Positions 23,439-35,761 of a DNA stretch of 64,000 bases are shown piece after piece. Positions within the stretch are counted from its first letter, which is position 1. Each line of letters opens with the position of its first letter. Both the position numbers and the translations under genes were made by a program. The notes beneath the pieces are model-generated. The model was not told where the DNA came from. It searched no databases and saw only the letters and a program-made list of their open reading frames with translations. Origin of the DNA: Takakia lepidozioides (Eukaryota > Plantae > Bryophyta); assembly GCA_030704615.1 (NCBI GenBank), contig CM060731.1:38440001-38504000 (forward strand), written 5' to 3'.

Positions 23439-24770
23439 CTACTCCGCGGGGGACCTCCAGATTTGCAGCCCCTCAATTTCCGTGATGCGATGGGGCAGCT
23501 CCCTAAGCCACCCACAAATATGCAGGTATTCCAAGTGTTTGAGGAGGCAGATCAACTCAGGCAGCTTGCGTAGCTGACGACACCGATCTAAGTTGAGGAA
23601 TTGCAGTCTCTCCAATTCCCCAATATTCTCGGGCAACTCCAGAAGCCCCTCACAACCCTGTAGACTGAGCTCTTGTAATTGTGTGAGGCGGCAGATTGAC
23701 TCGGGTAGCTCCATAAGCCCCTCACAATCCTCTAGGTGGAGCTCTTGTAATTGTTTGAGGTGGCAAATCGACTAAGGCAGCTTGCGCAGCTGACGACACC
23801 ATCCCAATTTAAGAACTCACAATCTCTCCAATTCCCCAATGTTCTCAGGCAGCTCCATAAGCCCCTCACACTTCTCTAGAATGAGCTCTAGTAATTGTGT
23901 GAGGCGGCAAATCGACTCGGGCAGCTTACGTAGTCGACCACACCCGCCCAACTTGAGCAATCGCAGTCTCTCAAGTTCCCCGATACGCTCGGGCAGCTCC
24001 ATAAGCCCTTCATAATCGTATAACAACATTGTTTGAGGTTGCAGATGGACTTGGGCAGCTTGAGTAAACTACCACACCCACACAAGTTGAGCTCTTGCAA
24101 TCTCTCCAATTCCCCAATACGCTCGGGTATCTCCGTGAGCCCATAACAACCACTTAGGGCAAGATTTGTTTGAGGCGGCAGATCGACTCAGGCAGCTTAC
24201 ATAGCTGACCACACCATTGCAAGTCGAGCACCGGCAGCCCAACAAGTTCCCCAATATTATTGGGCAGCTCCGTAAGCCCCAAACAACCAAATAACCACAA
24301 GTCTTGTAATTGTTTGAGGTTGCAGAAGGACTCGGGCAGCTTGGGTAGCAGTCTCTCTAGTTCCCCAATACGCTCGGGCAGCTCTGTGAGCCTACAAGCA
24401 TATAGGCCAAGCTCTTGTAATTGTTTGAGGCGGCAGATCGACTCGGGCAGCTTGCATAGCTGATCACAACTGTCCAACTGGGGCACCCGTAGCCCCGCAA
24501 GTTCCCCGATATTCTCGGGCAACTTCGTAAGCCCCCCACAACACTGCAGGTCCAGCTCTTGTAACAGTTTGAGACGGTAGATGGATTGCGGTAGTTTCTC
24601 CAGAGCATAACACCCCCGTAAATGTAGCTCCAGTAAAGATGCAAAATCCCCAATGCAGTCTGGTAGTCTGCACAACTTCTCATTATTACTCAAGTCAAGC
24701 ACACATAACATCGTGAGATATCCAAAGGATGTCAGGAAATCTGTTAATCGCGTAGTTCGAAGAAAAGAGG
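23439..24770 (-). pseudogene. LRR region of an NLR (HNL paralog), N-terminal domains missing
   Basis: Regular 24-aa LRRs (LQELDLQCCGGLTKLPENIGELAG / LRKLPESICRLTQ) with frameshifts and stops. 24770-24665 is homologous to 42337-42443 of the HNL. Confidence 0.9.
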
Positions 24771-25244
24771 GTTGCTATTCCGTGAGCCTGTGAGCCCAAG
24801 AGCCCGTGAGCCTAGCCCAGGCTCACGCCACGTCAGCTATGAATTTCGAACTTACAAGGCCTATTTCCGCGAGAGGCGCCTGTTCCCACGGAATAATTAT
24901 CTTTTTTCAGTCACTGCAGACGACATCTGTTATATCCATTCCATCCATCTCTTTCATCCATTTAGATGTGGTGTACATACGAAGCCGTTGCATGTTTGGA
25001 ATTGGATGAATATCATAGTGACTTCGACATGATACTGCCAATGTGATGACAGGAAAGTATCCAGAAACAGGTAACAGAGACGAGGAAAAGCTGTGGAATG
25101 AATAGTTTTCTGACCCCAGTCAATGGTGGGACAACCGAGGCAAAAAGGTGAATGCATGTTGGATTACAGATAGTAGCAGATGCAATTGAGCATAGGAACT
25201 AGTGGATCAATAGCTACCAGAAACCTCCATGGGTAGATGGTCAA

Positions 25245-25650
25245 CTAAAGGCCGCAGCTGCAGCGGCACAGTTGATAAAATCAGGCACCTCAACCATGAC
25301 CAACTCCCATCTTTTGGTGAATGGCCAACCAACACTGCCCACTATCATAGCAAATGAATAGGAGTATTCCAGTCGCGCAGGCTCAGAGGTGGACACTCAA
25401 AACACCCAGCTGGTAGGCAAGCTAGTGCACTGCCCTCATAACCATATGTAGAGAATTTACTCATAAGTGTTGTTGGTGAACAGAGGTGCAGGGACAATGT
25501 TCTTGATGTTCCTGAAAAGAGTCACTCTCTGGTGAGAATATCCCGGACAGTGTAACAGAAAATGAATATTGTCCTTAAGTACCTGCACATTGGGCAATCC
25601 TTTTCCTATTTGCATCTGTGTATTGTTGAAAGGGAGGCTTCCCCACCCTT
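25245..25650 (-). mobile_element. Diverged 3' fragment of the RTE-like LINE family
   Basis: Minus strand encodes GSLPFN..CPMC..DNIHFLLHCPGYSHQR..NIVPAPLF, matching 14910-15085 and 56545-56720. Confidence 0.75.
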
Positions 25651-25654
25651 GTCA

Positions 25655-26295
25655 ACATGACCTACCCACATTGGCCTACTGAATGAAGGAAATCAAAATC
25701 ATGGTGTCACTCCGACAGTAAATCACTTTGGCTGTATGGTGGACATTCTTGGACAACTGGATGAGGCAGTGGATCTGATTAATAAGATGCCAATCAATCC
25801 AGATGTTGTGGTGTGGAAGGTCTTGCTATCAACATCTATGTTGCAGCTGGCAGGTGGGGATGATACTGCAAAGGTGAGAAAAGTGATGAAGGTCAAAGGG
25901 GTTAGAAAGGAGTCAGGTCGCTGCTGCATTGAGGTTGGCAACAGGGTGCACACCTTCGCTGAAGATGACAAGTTGCATCCCAGAATTAAGGAAATCCATG
26001 CTGAGCTGAGAAGATTCCTAGGCAGATGAAAGGAGGCGGGGTATGTGCCTGACACGTGCTTTGTATTGCATGATGTGGGGGAGGAGAAAAAAGAATTTTC
26101 TCTTTGCCACCACAATGAGAAGCTGGCCATTGGTTTTGGGCTGATCAGCACGACCCCTAGGACGCCTCTCCGTCTCATCAAGAATCTTCGAGTGTGTGGT
26201 GACTGTCACACCTCCATCAAATTCATCTCAATTATTGTTGGCCGAGCAATTGTTGTATGGGATGCTAACCGCTTTCACCACTTTGAAGATGGGAT
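25655..26295 (+). pseudogene. PPR E/DYW fragment (internally deleted)
   Basis: [55 protein letters not shown]. In-frame stop at 26027 and C-terminal CSCxDYW missing. Confidence 0.9.
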
Positions 26296-27650
26296 GGAGT
26301 GCGATGATTGCAGGATATGCTCAGCATGGGTCTGGTAAGGAAGCTTTTGAGATCTATGAGAAATGCTACAGGCAGGGGTGACCCCTGATTTGGTCACCTT
26401 CATTTGCATTCTCAATGCATGTGCCCTGGAAAAGGGCAAAAGGGTTCATGCTGACATTATCAAAACTGGAACTGGGTCATATATTAATTTGGAGAATACC
26501 TTAGTGAACATGTATGCTAAATGCGGGAGCCTGAAGGATGCATGCCAAGTGTTTGGCAACATGGCTGAACGAGATTTGGTCTCATGGAACACAATGATTG
26601 CAGGATATACTGAGCATGGTTTCAGTAAGGAGGCTTTCGAGATGTATGAGAAAATGCGAGGGGAAGGGCTGATGCCCGACAAGGTCACATTCATCTGTGT
26701 GCTCAATGCTTGTGCCAGCCTGGCAGCCCTGGGAAAGGGAAAAGAGGTGTATGCTGAGATTACAGAAGCTGGAATTGCATCAGATATCATTCTCGAGACT
26801 GCGCTTGTGAACATGTATGCCAAGTGCAAACGAGATTTGGTCTCATGGAATGCGATGATTGCAAGATATGCCCAGTATGGGGTAGGGAGGCTGTGCAACT
26901 ATTTGAATACATGAGTCTGGAGGACTTGAAGAAAAATGGTATCACCTTTATATGTGTTTTGTCTGCATGTAGCCATGTGGACCTAGTGGATGAAGGTTTT
27001 AACTACTTTGTTTCCATCAGTCAAAACCATAGTCTCACTCCTACCCTGGAGCACTTTGGCTGCATGGTGGACCTTCTTGGCCGTGCAGGGCGATTGGATG
27101 AGGCAGAGGACTTCATTAGTAAGATGCCAATTGAACCAGATGCTACGGTGTGGGGGGCCTGGCTTGGTGCATGTAGAATTCATGGCAATGTGGAGCAAGC
27201 AGAGCGTGCAGCGACATGCATTCTCAAGTGCGATCCACAACACTTTGCAACTTATGTGCTCCTATCAAACATCCATGCTGCAGATGGCAGGTGGGCTGAC
27301 ACAGCAAAGGTCAGAAAAATGATGCACAAGAGAGGTGTAGGAAAGGAGCCAGGGCACAGCTGTATTGAGGTGGACAACCGGGTGCATACCTTTGTTGCAG
27401 AAGACAAACTGCATCCACAAGTGGGGGAAATCCATGCTGAGCTGAATAGAGGCTCTGAGCAGATAGAGAAAACCGGGTACATGCCGGACCGGACTCTCGT
27501 TTTGTATTGCACGATGTGGAAGAGCAGCAGAAGGAATTTTCTCTCTGCCACCACAGTGAGAAGCTGGCCATTGCTTTTTGGCTGATAAGCACACCCTTTG
27601 GGACGCCTATCGGCATCATCAAGAACCTTTGGATGTGTGGTGACTGCATG
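26293..27650 (+). pseudogene. PLS-E-DYW PPR pseudogene
   Basis: PLS repeats, E motif WGAWLGACRIHGNVE, KEPGHSCIE, HSEKLAIAF, CGDC, then truncation by foreign sequence. Frameshifts at ~26885 and ~27490. Confidence 0.92.
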
Positions 27651-27839
27651 TACAGGGCCAGGATCAAATCAGGCTCAGCGTGTGCCATGGTCCCACGGAC
27701 TAAGCGACGGAGAGGCTCAACAATATTTGCAGCTTAGATCGACGGACAATCTTGGCTTCAACAAACTTGAATGACAACTTCCCCTTCAGAAATTTGCGAG
27801 CTTGATCCGCTTATCCTATGCTTATCCTATGCGCTTATC

Positions 27840-28110
27840 CTTTACAAAATGACTCAACAAGATGTCGTGGCATGGAACACCATGATTACAGGATATGCTC
27901 AACATGGTAGTGGCAGGGAGGCTCTTCAGATCTATGAGCAAATGATGGGGGAAAGGGTGATGCCAGACAAGGTCACGTGCAATTGTGTTCTCAATCTGTG
28001 TGCAAGCCTGGGTGCCCAGGAGACAGGTAAAGATGTCCATGCTGCAACCAGATGTTGGGGTGTGGAGGGCCATGCTTGGTGCCTGCAGAGTTCATGGCTA
28101 TGTATCAACG
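27840..28110 (+). pseudogene. PPR fragment
   Basis: [33 protein letters not shown], joined by deletion to PDVGVWRAMLGACRVHG. Confidence 0.85.
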
Positions 28111-29924
28111 CGTGTGATGGGCACTTTTGGGTACGTTAAATGCTACTTACATAATCTGATTGCCAGCGTATAGTCTGACGCAATGGCAACTCTCAAGGTT
28201 AGTGGTGGCTTCTCATAGTAGATGGTAATTGTATAGAGCCACAATGCAGCCACCAGTGGAGAGATTACTCTAGCTGGGCTGTAACAAACCCTGACCTACT
28301 TAGGTGCATATCAAGCACAGGCTTGTGATGTGGTAATGAGCAACTAACATATCATGCCTCCTTCAACCAAGGGAACCAACTGACTCTCTCCATGTGCAAC
28401 TCCAAAAGTATTATTGCAACACTGCTCTAACTGGCTGTTTTGTCGTTCCTGAGACTTCAATTTGTGACTTCACTTGAGAGGCTCAAAGTGTGAGAATAGG
28501 TTTCTCCCATATTCTATCAAACTGACAAAACGTTCAACTAATTGAGAGGCTAATTAACACTGTGTTGGCAGGTTTCACTCTGACCTTACTATCCCAGTCC
28601 GGGAGCACCTTGGCTTTTCCATCCGCTGACATCTGCAGTGTGATCGTTATTCTCACAACCATGAAAGGGTTCTGGTGTTAAATGTAAATGGTGCCACTCT
28701 TATACGCCCCATCTTGCTCGGTGATTGGCACACCTAAAGTCTACTCTTTGATCAAATGTATTGTATATCACCTGGAGAGTGGCACTGTGCAAATAACATG
28801 GTGCAAGAGTAGTCTGAAGTTGAGCTTATCAACATAGTTCATGGGCCAGCACATACCAAGGATCCCTGACAACATACCTTTCCAGGAAGGTAGATTATCC
28901 AGAAGGTAGCTCTTTTGTATTGATCACCACCAAGCCTCCATTAGTTTTGAACTTCCGTAAACGGCCAATTACTCACTACAGACTCACTACAGAGCAGTTA
29001 AAACAGTTAGGATCAGCCACTATATTTAGTCAGTAATTGGCTACTGGAAAGCCTGGGTTTCTGCCGTGACCAGCTGGATTTCCTCTCATCGTGCATCTGC
29101 ATCACTTATTTAGCCAGAACTAATAGCTGCATATTCTATGGCCCATAAATGAAAGGGATTAATTTTTCCCCCTCCTCAAGGGCCTGTTGAATTGTGGGCT
29201 GTCGCTCCCAGATTTCCTTCCAACAACTTTAGAAGAGAAGGTGAAAAGGTCCTAAAAGAACAAGAGATTGAGAACAAGAGATCCCCTAAATCTGGACAAA
29301 GTACCATAAGATCTTATGCCTATGTTATACTTTGTTTTTCATAGTATTTATTTTCAATCAAAATAATCATTGTATCCGTGGGGATGACCCACCCTTTGTT
29401 TGAAAATTGAACGTAGTTCTCAGAATTCGTCGCCAGTAGTGCGGAGCAACGCGAAACCCTAGTATTTTTGTGTATTTGTGTAAAACTACACAAGAGTGTT
29501 GTGGCATGGTGGTAAGCCACTCATGTCATTGGCCTGTGGGTTTGGGGTTCAAATGTTCAACCCCTGTCATTTATCTCTCTGCCTTTCAATCCAAGCCCCT
29601 GACATACACTAAGTTTACAACTATTATTTTAGCCAAATGCCCAATTAATTAATTTCCTATTTACTTGGACATTCTCAATGTTGTGCACCTAATCTCCCCC
29701 AACCATTCTAAACGTGTTGTCACTGATAAGACATAGCATTCTACTTAGGATCTGTCTTATTAACTACTATCACCAACCCTCACCCCTATGTTATCTAGAA
29801 CCGCCTCTACACCATCCGGATCTTGCTCCGGGTATAACAACACCCTTACAATCACGAAGCCCGGTTCTCTAGCCGGTTTAGGAAGCTGGATGGCTTTTGC
29901 CGGTTCCTTTTCCATAGCCGGTTC

Positions 29925-30096
29925 ACTTTCCGGTTATGCATATGTGCATAACCGGAAAGTAACCGCCGGATATACATGTCCAGATGCCATACCCGGCCAA
30001 CACTGGTACCCATAGGTTTTGGCAGTAGGTCGGAAATGTTTAAGAGTGCACTGGTACCCATAGGTTTTGGCAGTAGGTCGGAAATGTTTAAGAGTG
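29925..30096. repeat. Perfect 16-bp-arm palindrome (29925-29960) and exact 48-bp tandem duplication (30001-30096)
   Basis: actttccggttatgca-tatg-tgcataaccggaaagt, and cactggtacccataggttttggcagtaggtcggaaatgtttaagagtg x2. Confidence 0.9.
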
Positions 30097-30230
30097 AACT
30101 CGGATGGGGTTAAAAGTCAGTTGCCAGTGGTTGTGGTGAGTTGGGTGAGGTTTGTGATATGCCGCTCTTTACAATAGGTGAGGATGAGTGTTTTTGGACG
30201 GGAATGTGTACATTCAAATTGAAGGTATTA

Positions 30231-33200
30231 TGGCTTTTGTCATGTGTGTTCCCCACTGTTTATTGGCCCATCACATGGGCCCGAAGTTATTATAAAATCT
30301 ACCTTCCTTGAGGACCTCCGACATTGAAGTGTGGTTCTTAAATTGCATCTTGTAATTCAGCTTCGAATCTCAATAAACAAGTTAGGAAGCAGAATCCAAT
30401 GTCCAAGAGAACCTAAATCTACAAAGCAATCAACCAACCTTGATAAAGATCGGTCAGCTCATTGTTGATGATCGCGACAAAGATGATGGCAACCACTTGG
30501 ACCGTCACCAGAACAAGACACCACCAAATTTTCAGCTTCTCATTTGATCTAGAAGAATTTATGAATGTGCAGGGGTTGAATACTACCTCTAAGAAAAAAG
30601 TAGGAGGGTTAGACTTCTGTTTCTTTCTCTCTCCAAAGCAAGGGCCTTCATACTCTGATCGGAGGAAACATCAAATCAACTTCAAATCTGATTGTTGTGG
30701 AAAAACTGTTGCCTCACACTATACTTGAATTTTGGCACAATGACTAGAGTAGGTTTCGTAGAGGCGTTATTCTCTTACAAGAAACAATGGTCACTGTGAC
30801 AATGAAGCAAGCCCCTGTTCCCCAGGTATGCCGTTTGAAACAGCGCTCCGTATATGGAGTTCGATGGGATTGAAAAGCCTCCAGGATAGATCGCTTGTGA
30901 AAATAGGTGGCAACAAGAAGTTGACACTGCATGATCAGCTGCGGGACATGGGTCGAGCAATCGTAACAATTTCACATGTTGGTAAGCGATTGTGGGAGGT
31001 GGACAATGCGGAAATGGCCCTTCGACATGAACAGGTAATAGATCACACACCTGCGATGAGTTGCTATTGGCCATGGATGCTTTTAGAGCGATCACATCTG
31101 GGTTCGATAAAATGAATGGATCTCAGTTTGGCACTGGCGGTGCATCAATGAAGGAATCTTGCATATCAATCAACCTACTCATATTAAAGCACATCATTTC
31201 ACACCTTACTGCCAATTTTGTGCAGGTGGATAGCACTGTGGAAGGCCTCTCTTGAAAATGAAGCTCTCGACAGGACATCGATGCAAATGGTGGAAGTCTA
31301 CAACGAGCGAGTTCACAAAAATGCCCCGCCTTCGTTCTCCCAACTTGGACTGTTGCATTCCACAAGGCTACCGCCAACAATGTATTGTGGAATGCCTCTC
31401 TTGAAAATGAAGCTCTCGACAGGACATCGATGCAAATGGTGGAAGTCTACAACGAGCGAGTTCACAAAAATGCCCCGCCTTCGTTCTCCCAACTTGGACA
31501 GTTGCATTCCTCAAGGCTACCGCCAACAATGTATTGTCAGTACATTCTCTCTCATTCCTGGGTACTGGGAACATACCACACCCAACCATGTAGCAGGATT
31601 TGACCCCAGAATCATGTGGGTGGCACTCTGTGCACTATCCAACTGAGCTACAGACTGGTGGTTCCTTCTTATGGGCTCCTACCTCACTAAAGGGAAATGA
31701 AGGCCTTCTTTACTTTCATTTTCCACCAAAACAGAAGGATGATCAACGAGATTGCCGCCAGGAAATCTGTCTATCTGTACAGGGGGTGGCATTCATCTTT
31801 CAAACTCTGTGATTCACGCATTTTATGCTTGGCCCGTACTAGCTGTCGTGGTGAACCCTCCTCCGCATCTGCACTCTCACATAGTTGTGGTCTTGTTGCT
31901 GCATCTTATGGAGAGGCTCTACAGCACACAATTGTTTGATCATGCCGTCCACCAATGATTCCACCCATACGGTATCTGTTTTGGCTACGCACTGAAGACT
32001 TGAGTTTATCCAAAAGAGCTTTGAATCATTTTACCGATGTGATGGCCAGTTATTGCTGGAGCAGCTGGAGCCATTTTACCGATGCTCCAGTTGTGCATTG
32101 ACTTCTAGAGGCCAACGAGCGTACATACTTCCCCAGAGTGTAGATGTTGCTAAATTTACATAGTAGGAGACATTGCGCTTGTATGCTGATTGGGGCTTTG
32201 AGTAGTGAGACGACTGCGAGGTTAGCAGAGTGTATGGGCAAAGCTTATGCACTTGACAGGGTTGCAAGTAACTAACTAATAAGCTCATGAAGTCTCAAAG
32301 ATTGTGGCGTTTGCGAATTGAAGTGAAGTACAGCAAAGTAGGGGGTCCCCACAAAGCAGGAGGTTCAGGTGCCCACTAGTGGTTTTTGTACAAAGGTCCA
32401 CGATCACCATGTTCTTCAGACGTAAGCGCACAAAGGAAGGCATTTGGATTGAGCCTTTTATCGGGAATTCCTAGGGTGAAAGCAGAGGTAGCTGTGATGA
32501 TACAGATGGAGTGCAGGCTGCTGATGGCTCCAATGTCCACGTACAGCATGGAGCTCCAGACCAACACTACAGTGGGTATGGTTTTGATGCTGAGTCAAGG
32601 GTTTCAACTCAAACAGATAGCTTTGGTACAGTTCGCACTTAAAGTAGATGACTGCAGTAGTTATGTAACCCTGTTTATATGTAGCAAGGAGCCTGTTCTC
32701 ACAACAAGAGCTTTCTTTGAAGCATCTAGGAGCTTTTAAGGAACATGATAGCTTAAACCAATGGTAAGTAAGTGCTTTCAGTCATGCAGGACGGCAGGTT
32801 TGAATTTGACACAGTTCTTTGTTGGACATCAAACTGGCAGCAGGGGTAGCACCAGTCGCCGCCATTTTTGAAAGAGGGTCAAGAGAGGGGCTAAACAAGA
32901 TCTCTCCTGTCACTTGTGGGGATCGGAGGACCCTCTCTAAGGCAGGAGCATTGAAAGAGGCACTTCACATTTTGAACCAACAAGGCCTTCGGGCAGACTC
33001 CAATGCTTATGTTACTGTCTTGCAGGAGTGCATCAACTTGAAAGACCTAGCAGAGGGAAAGCAGGTGCATGCGCACATCATCCAAAGTGGATTAAAACCG
33101 ACTTATTGTTCAACACCCTTGTGAACATGTATGCCAAATGTGGGAGTCTGGTGGAGGCACGCCAAGTGTTTGACAAAATGCCTGAACGAACGGTATTCAC

Positions 33201-33570
33201 GTGGACTATCATGATAGCAGGATATGCCAAGCATAGGTGTGCTGAGGAGGCTTTTAAAATCTATGAGCAAATGCAGTGACACCCGACAGGGTCACCTTCA
33301 TTTGCATTCTCAACGCCTGTGCCACCCTAGGAGCCCTGGAAAAGGGCAAAGAGGTTCACGCTGCCATTATCACAGCGGGAATCCCTTCATATATTAATTT
33401 GGAGACTGCCCTTACATGGACGCCAAATGTTCTAAATGCATGTGCCAGGTTAGGAGCCCTAGAAAAGGGCAAAGAGATCCATGGTGATATGGTGAAAGCT
33501 GGAATTCCATCATATATTAACTTGGAGAACACCCTTGTTGACATGTATGCCAAATGTGGGAGCATGAATG
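30231..33570 (+). repeat. Segmental duplication, copy 2 of 3237-6045
   Basis: Starts inside the last exon of the hydrolase. Has an extra ~750 bp (32290-33045) and an internal ~149-bp tandem duplication (31237-31536). Confidence 0.95.
30754..31640 (+). pseudogene. NLR fragment (NB-ARC end with LHD motif and following exon), duplicate of 3764-4500
   Basis: MPFETALRIWSSMGLKSLQDRSLVKIGGNKKLTLHDQLRDMGRAIV, same intron. Confidence 0.85.
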
Positions 33571-35761
33571 ATGCGTGCAAGGTGTTCAACAATATGCTTA
33601 AACGAAATGTGGTCTCATGGAGCTTGATGATTGCAGGATATGCTCAGCAAGGTTGTGGTGAGGAGGCTTTCAAGATGTATGAGCAAATGAGACAGGAAGG
33701 GGTATTGCCTGACAGGGTCACATTCACTTGTGTTCTTAATGCATGTGCCAGCCTAGGAGCTCTGGTAGAGGGCAAACAGGTGCACGCTGACATCATCAAA
33801 GCTGGAATACCGTCGCATGTGAACTTGGATACTGCCCAGAGCTACTGTTCCATCGGACGCGGAACGTCATCTGCATACTCCATAGCTATATGGTCTAATA
33901 CCCCTGGTACAATTGTCCCCAGATGTGGACCCTCAGTTTCCTGAAGACCATTCTCTGGGGTTGTAATTCTGTCCCCACTGCTCTCCTCCTCACCACTGTC
34001 ATTCGAGGATTCTTCCTCCGTTGTTGGCTCCTCGCTTCCAGAACCCTCCTCCGCCTCCCCATCCATAGGGCTGTACCCGACCACGTTGCAAATCCGCCCT
34101 TTTTTGCGCTGGCCATTCTGCCATTTGAGACACTCCTGTCCATTGCTCCTGTGCCTGAGCATTGGCTACTACCGCCGCATAGGGAGGAATGACGGATGCA
34201 CGTCATGTGTTCGACAATATGGCAATACGTGATGTTGTCTCATGGAGCGTGATGATTGCAGGGTACACCGAGCATGGTTGTGGTCAGGAGGCAATCGAAC
34301 TTTACAACCATATGATACAGGAAAGGGTGACCCCCAACACTTTCACATTCAGTTGCGTACTCAATGCATGTGCCAGTCTAGGAGTCCTGGAGAAGGGCAA
34401 AGAGGTCCATGCTGACATTGTCAAGGCTGGAATGGGGTCTGATATCATCATGGAGACTGCCCTTGCTGACATGTATGCTAAATGCGGGAGCTTAAATGAT
34501 GCCCGCCAGGTTTTTGACAACATGCCTAAACGAGATGTAGTTTCATGGAGTGTGATGGTCTCAGGATATGCTCAGCATGGTTGTGGTAGGAAGGCCTTGG
34601 AGATGTATGAAGGAATGATAAGGGAAGGGGTGACGCCTGACAAGGTAACATTCATTTGCGTTCTCAATGCCTGTTCTAGCCTGGCAGCCCTGGAAAAGGG
34701 CAAAGAGGTCCATGCTGACATCAGCAAAGCTGGAATCTCTGCAGACATCATTGTGGAGACTGCCCTTGCTGACATGTATGCGAAATGTGGGAGCATTAAT
34801 GATGCCCGTCAAGTGTTTGACAGTATGGCCAAACGAAATGTTGTGTCATGGAACATGATGATGGCAGGGTATGCCCAGCGTGGACATGGCAGGGAGGCCC
34901 TGCGACTATTTGAACAAATGCAACAGGAAGGCGTGAATCCAGACAGTATCACCTTTCTGTCTTCTCTCTGCATGTAGCCATCTGGGCTTAGTGGACGAAG
35001 GTCATCACTACTTTGTTTCCATGACTCCAGATTACGGCTTCATGGCTACAGTGGAGCATTTTGGCTGCATGGTGGACCTTCTTAGCCGTGGAGGGAAACT
35101 GGAGGAGGCAGAGGATTTCATCAAGGAAATGCCCATCGAAGCAGATGCTGGAGTCTGGGGGGCTTTGCTTGGCGCCTGCCGAATTTATGGAGATGTGGAG
35201 CTAGCAGAGCGAGCTGCAAAAAACCTTCTCAACTGCAATCCTGATCATGCTGCAACATATGTGCTTCTATCAAATATCTACGCTGCTGCTGGCAGGTGGG
35301 ACGAGAAAGCAAAGGTGAGAAAAATGATAGAGGAAAGAGGTGTCAGAAAGGAGGCAGGGCACAGCTGTATTGAGATTAACAATCAGTTTCATATATTTGT
35401 TGTAGAAGATAAAATGCATCCCCAAATTGAGGAAATCCATGCTGAACTGAAGAGATTGTTTGGGCAGATGAGGGAGGCTGGGTATGTGCCTGACACGTGC
35501 TTTGTATTACACGATGTGGAGGAGGACAAAAAGGAGTTTTCTCTTTGCTACCACAGTGAGAAGCTGGCTATTGCTTTTGGGATCATCAGCACACCTCAGG
35601 GGACACCCGTCCGTATCATCAAGAACCTGAGGGTGTGTGGTGACTGCCACACAGCCACCAAGTTCATCTCGAAGATTGTTGGGCGAGCACTTGTTGTACG
35701 GGATAGCGACCGTTTCCATCACTTCCAAGACGGGGTCTATTCTTGTGGGGATTATTGGTGA
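32820..35761 (+). pseudogene. Near full-length PLS-E1-E2-DYW PPR RNA-editing factor, disrupted
   Basis: N-terminal LKEALHIL..AYVTVLQEC, many P-L-S triplets, E motifs, KEAGHSCIE, HSEKLAIAFG, CGDCH, ends YSCGDYW*. Frameshifts ~33100, ~33276, ~34960, deletion ~33415, ~345-bp insertion 33839-34185. Confidence 0.93.

Noticed and set aside
28200-29200. Possible minus-strand exons
   Set aside because: Stops in the frames I read and no family recognised.
33839-34185. Acidic ORF 33842-34162 as a gene
   Set aside because: It lies in a ~345-bp insertion that disrupts the PPR gene; likely a TE-derived filler of unknown family.
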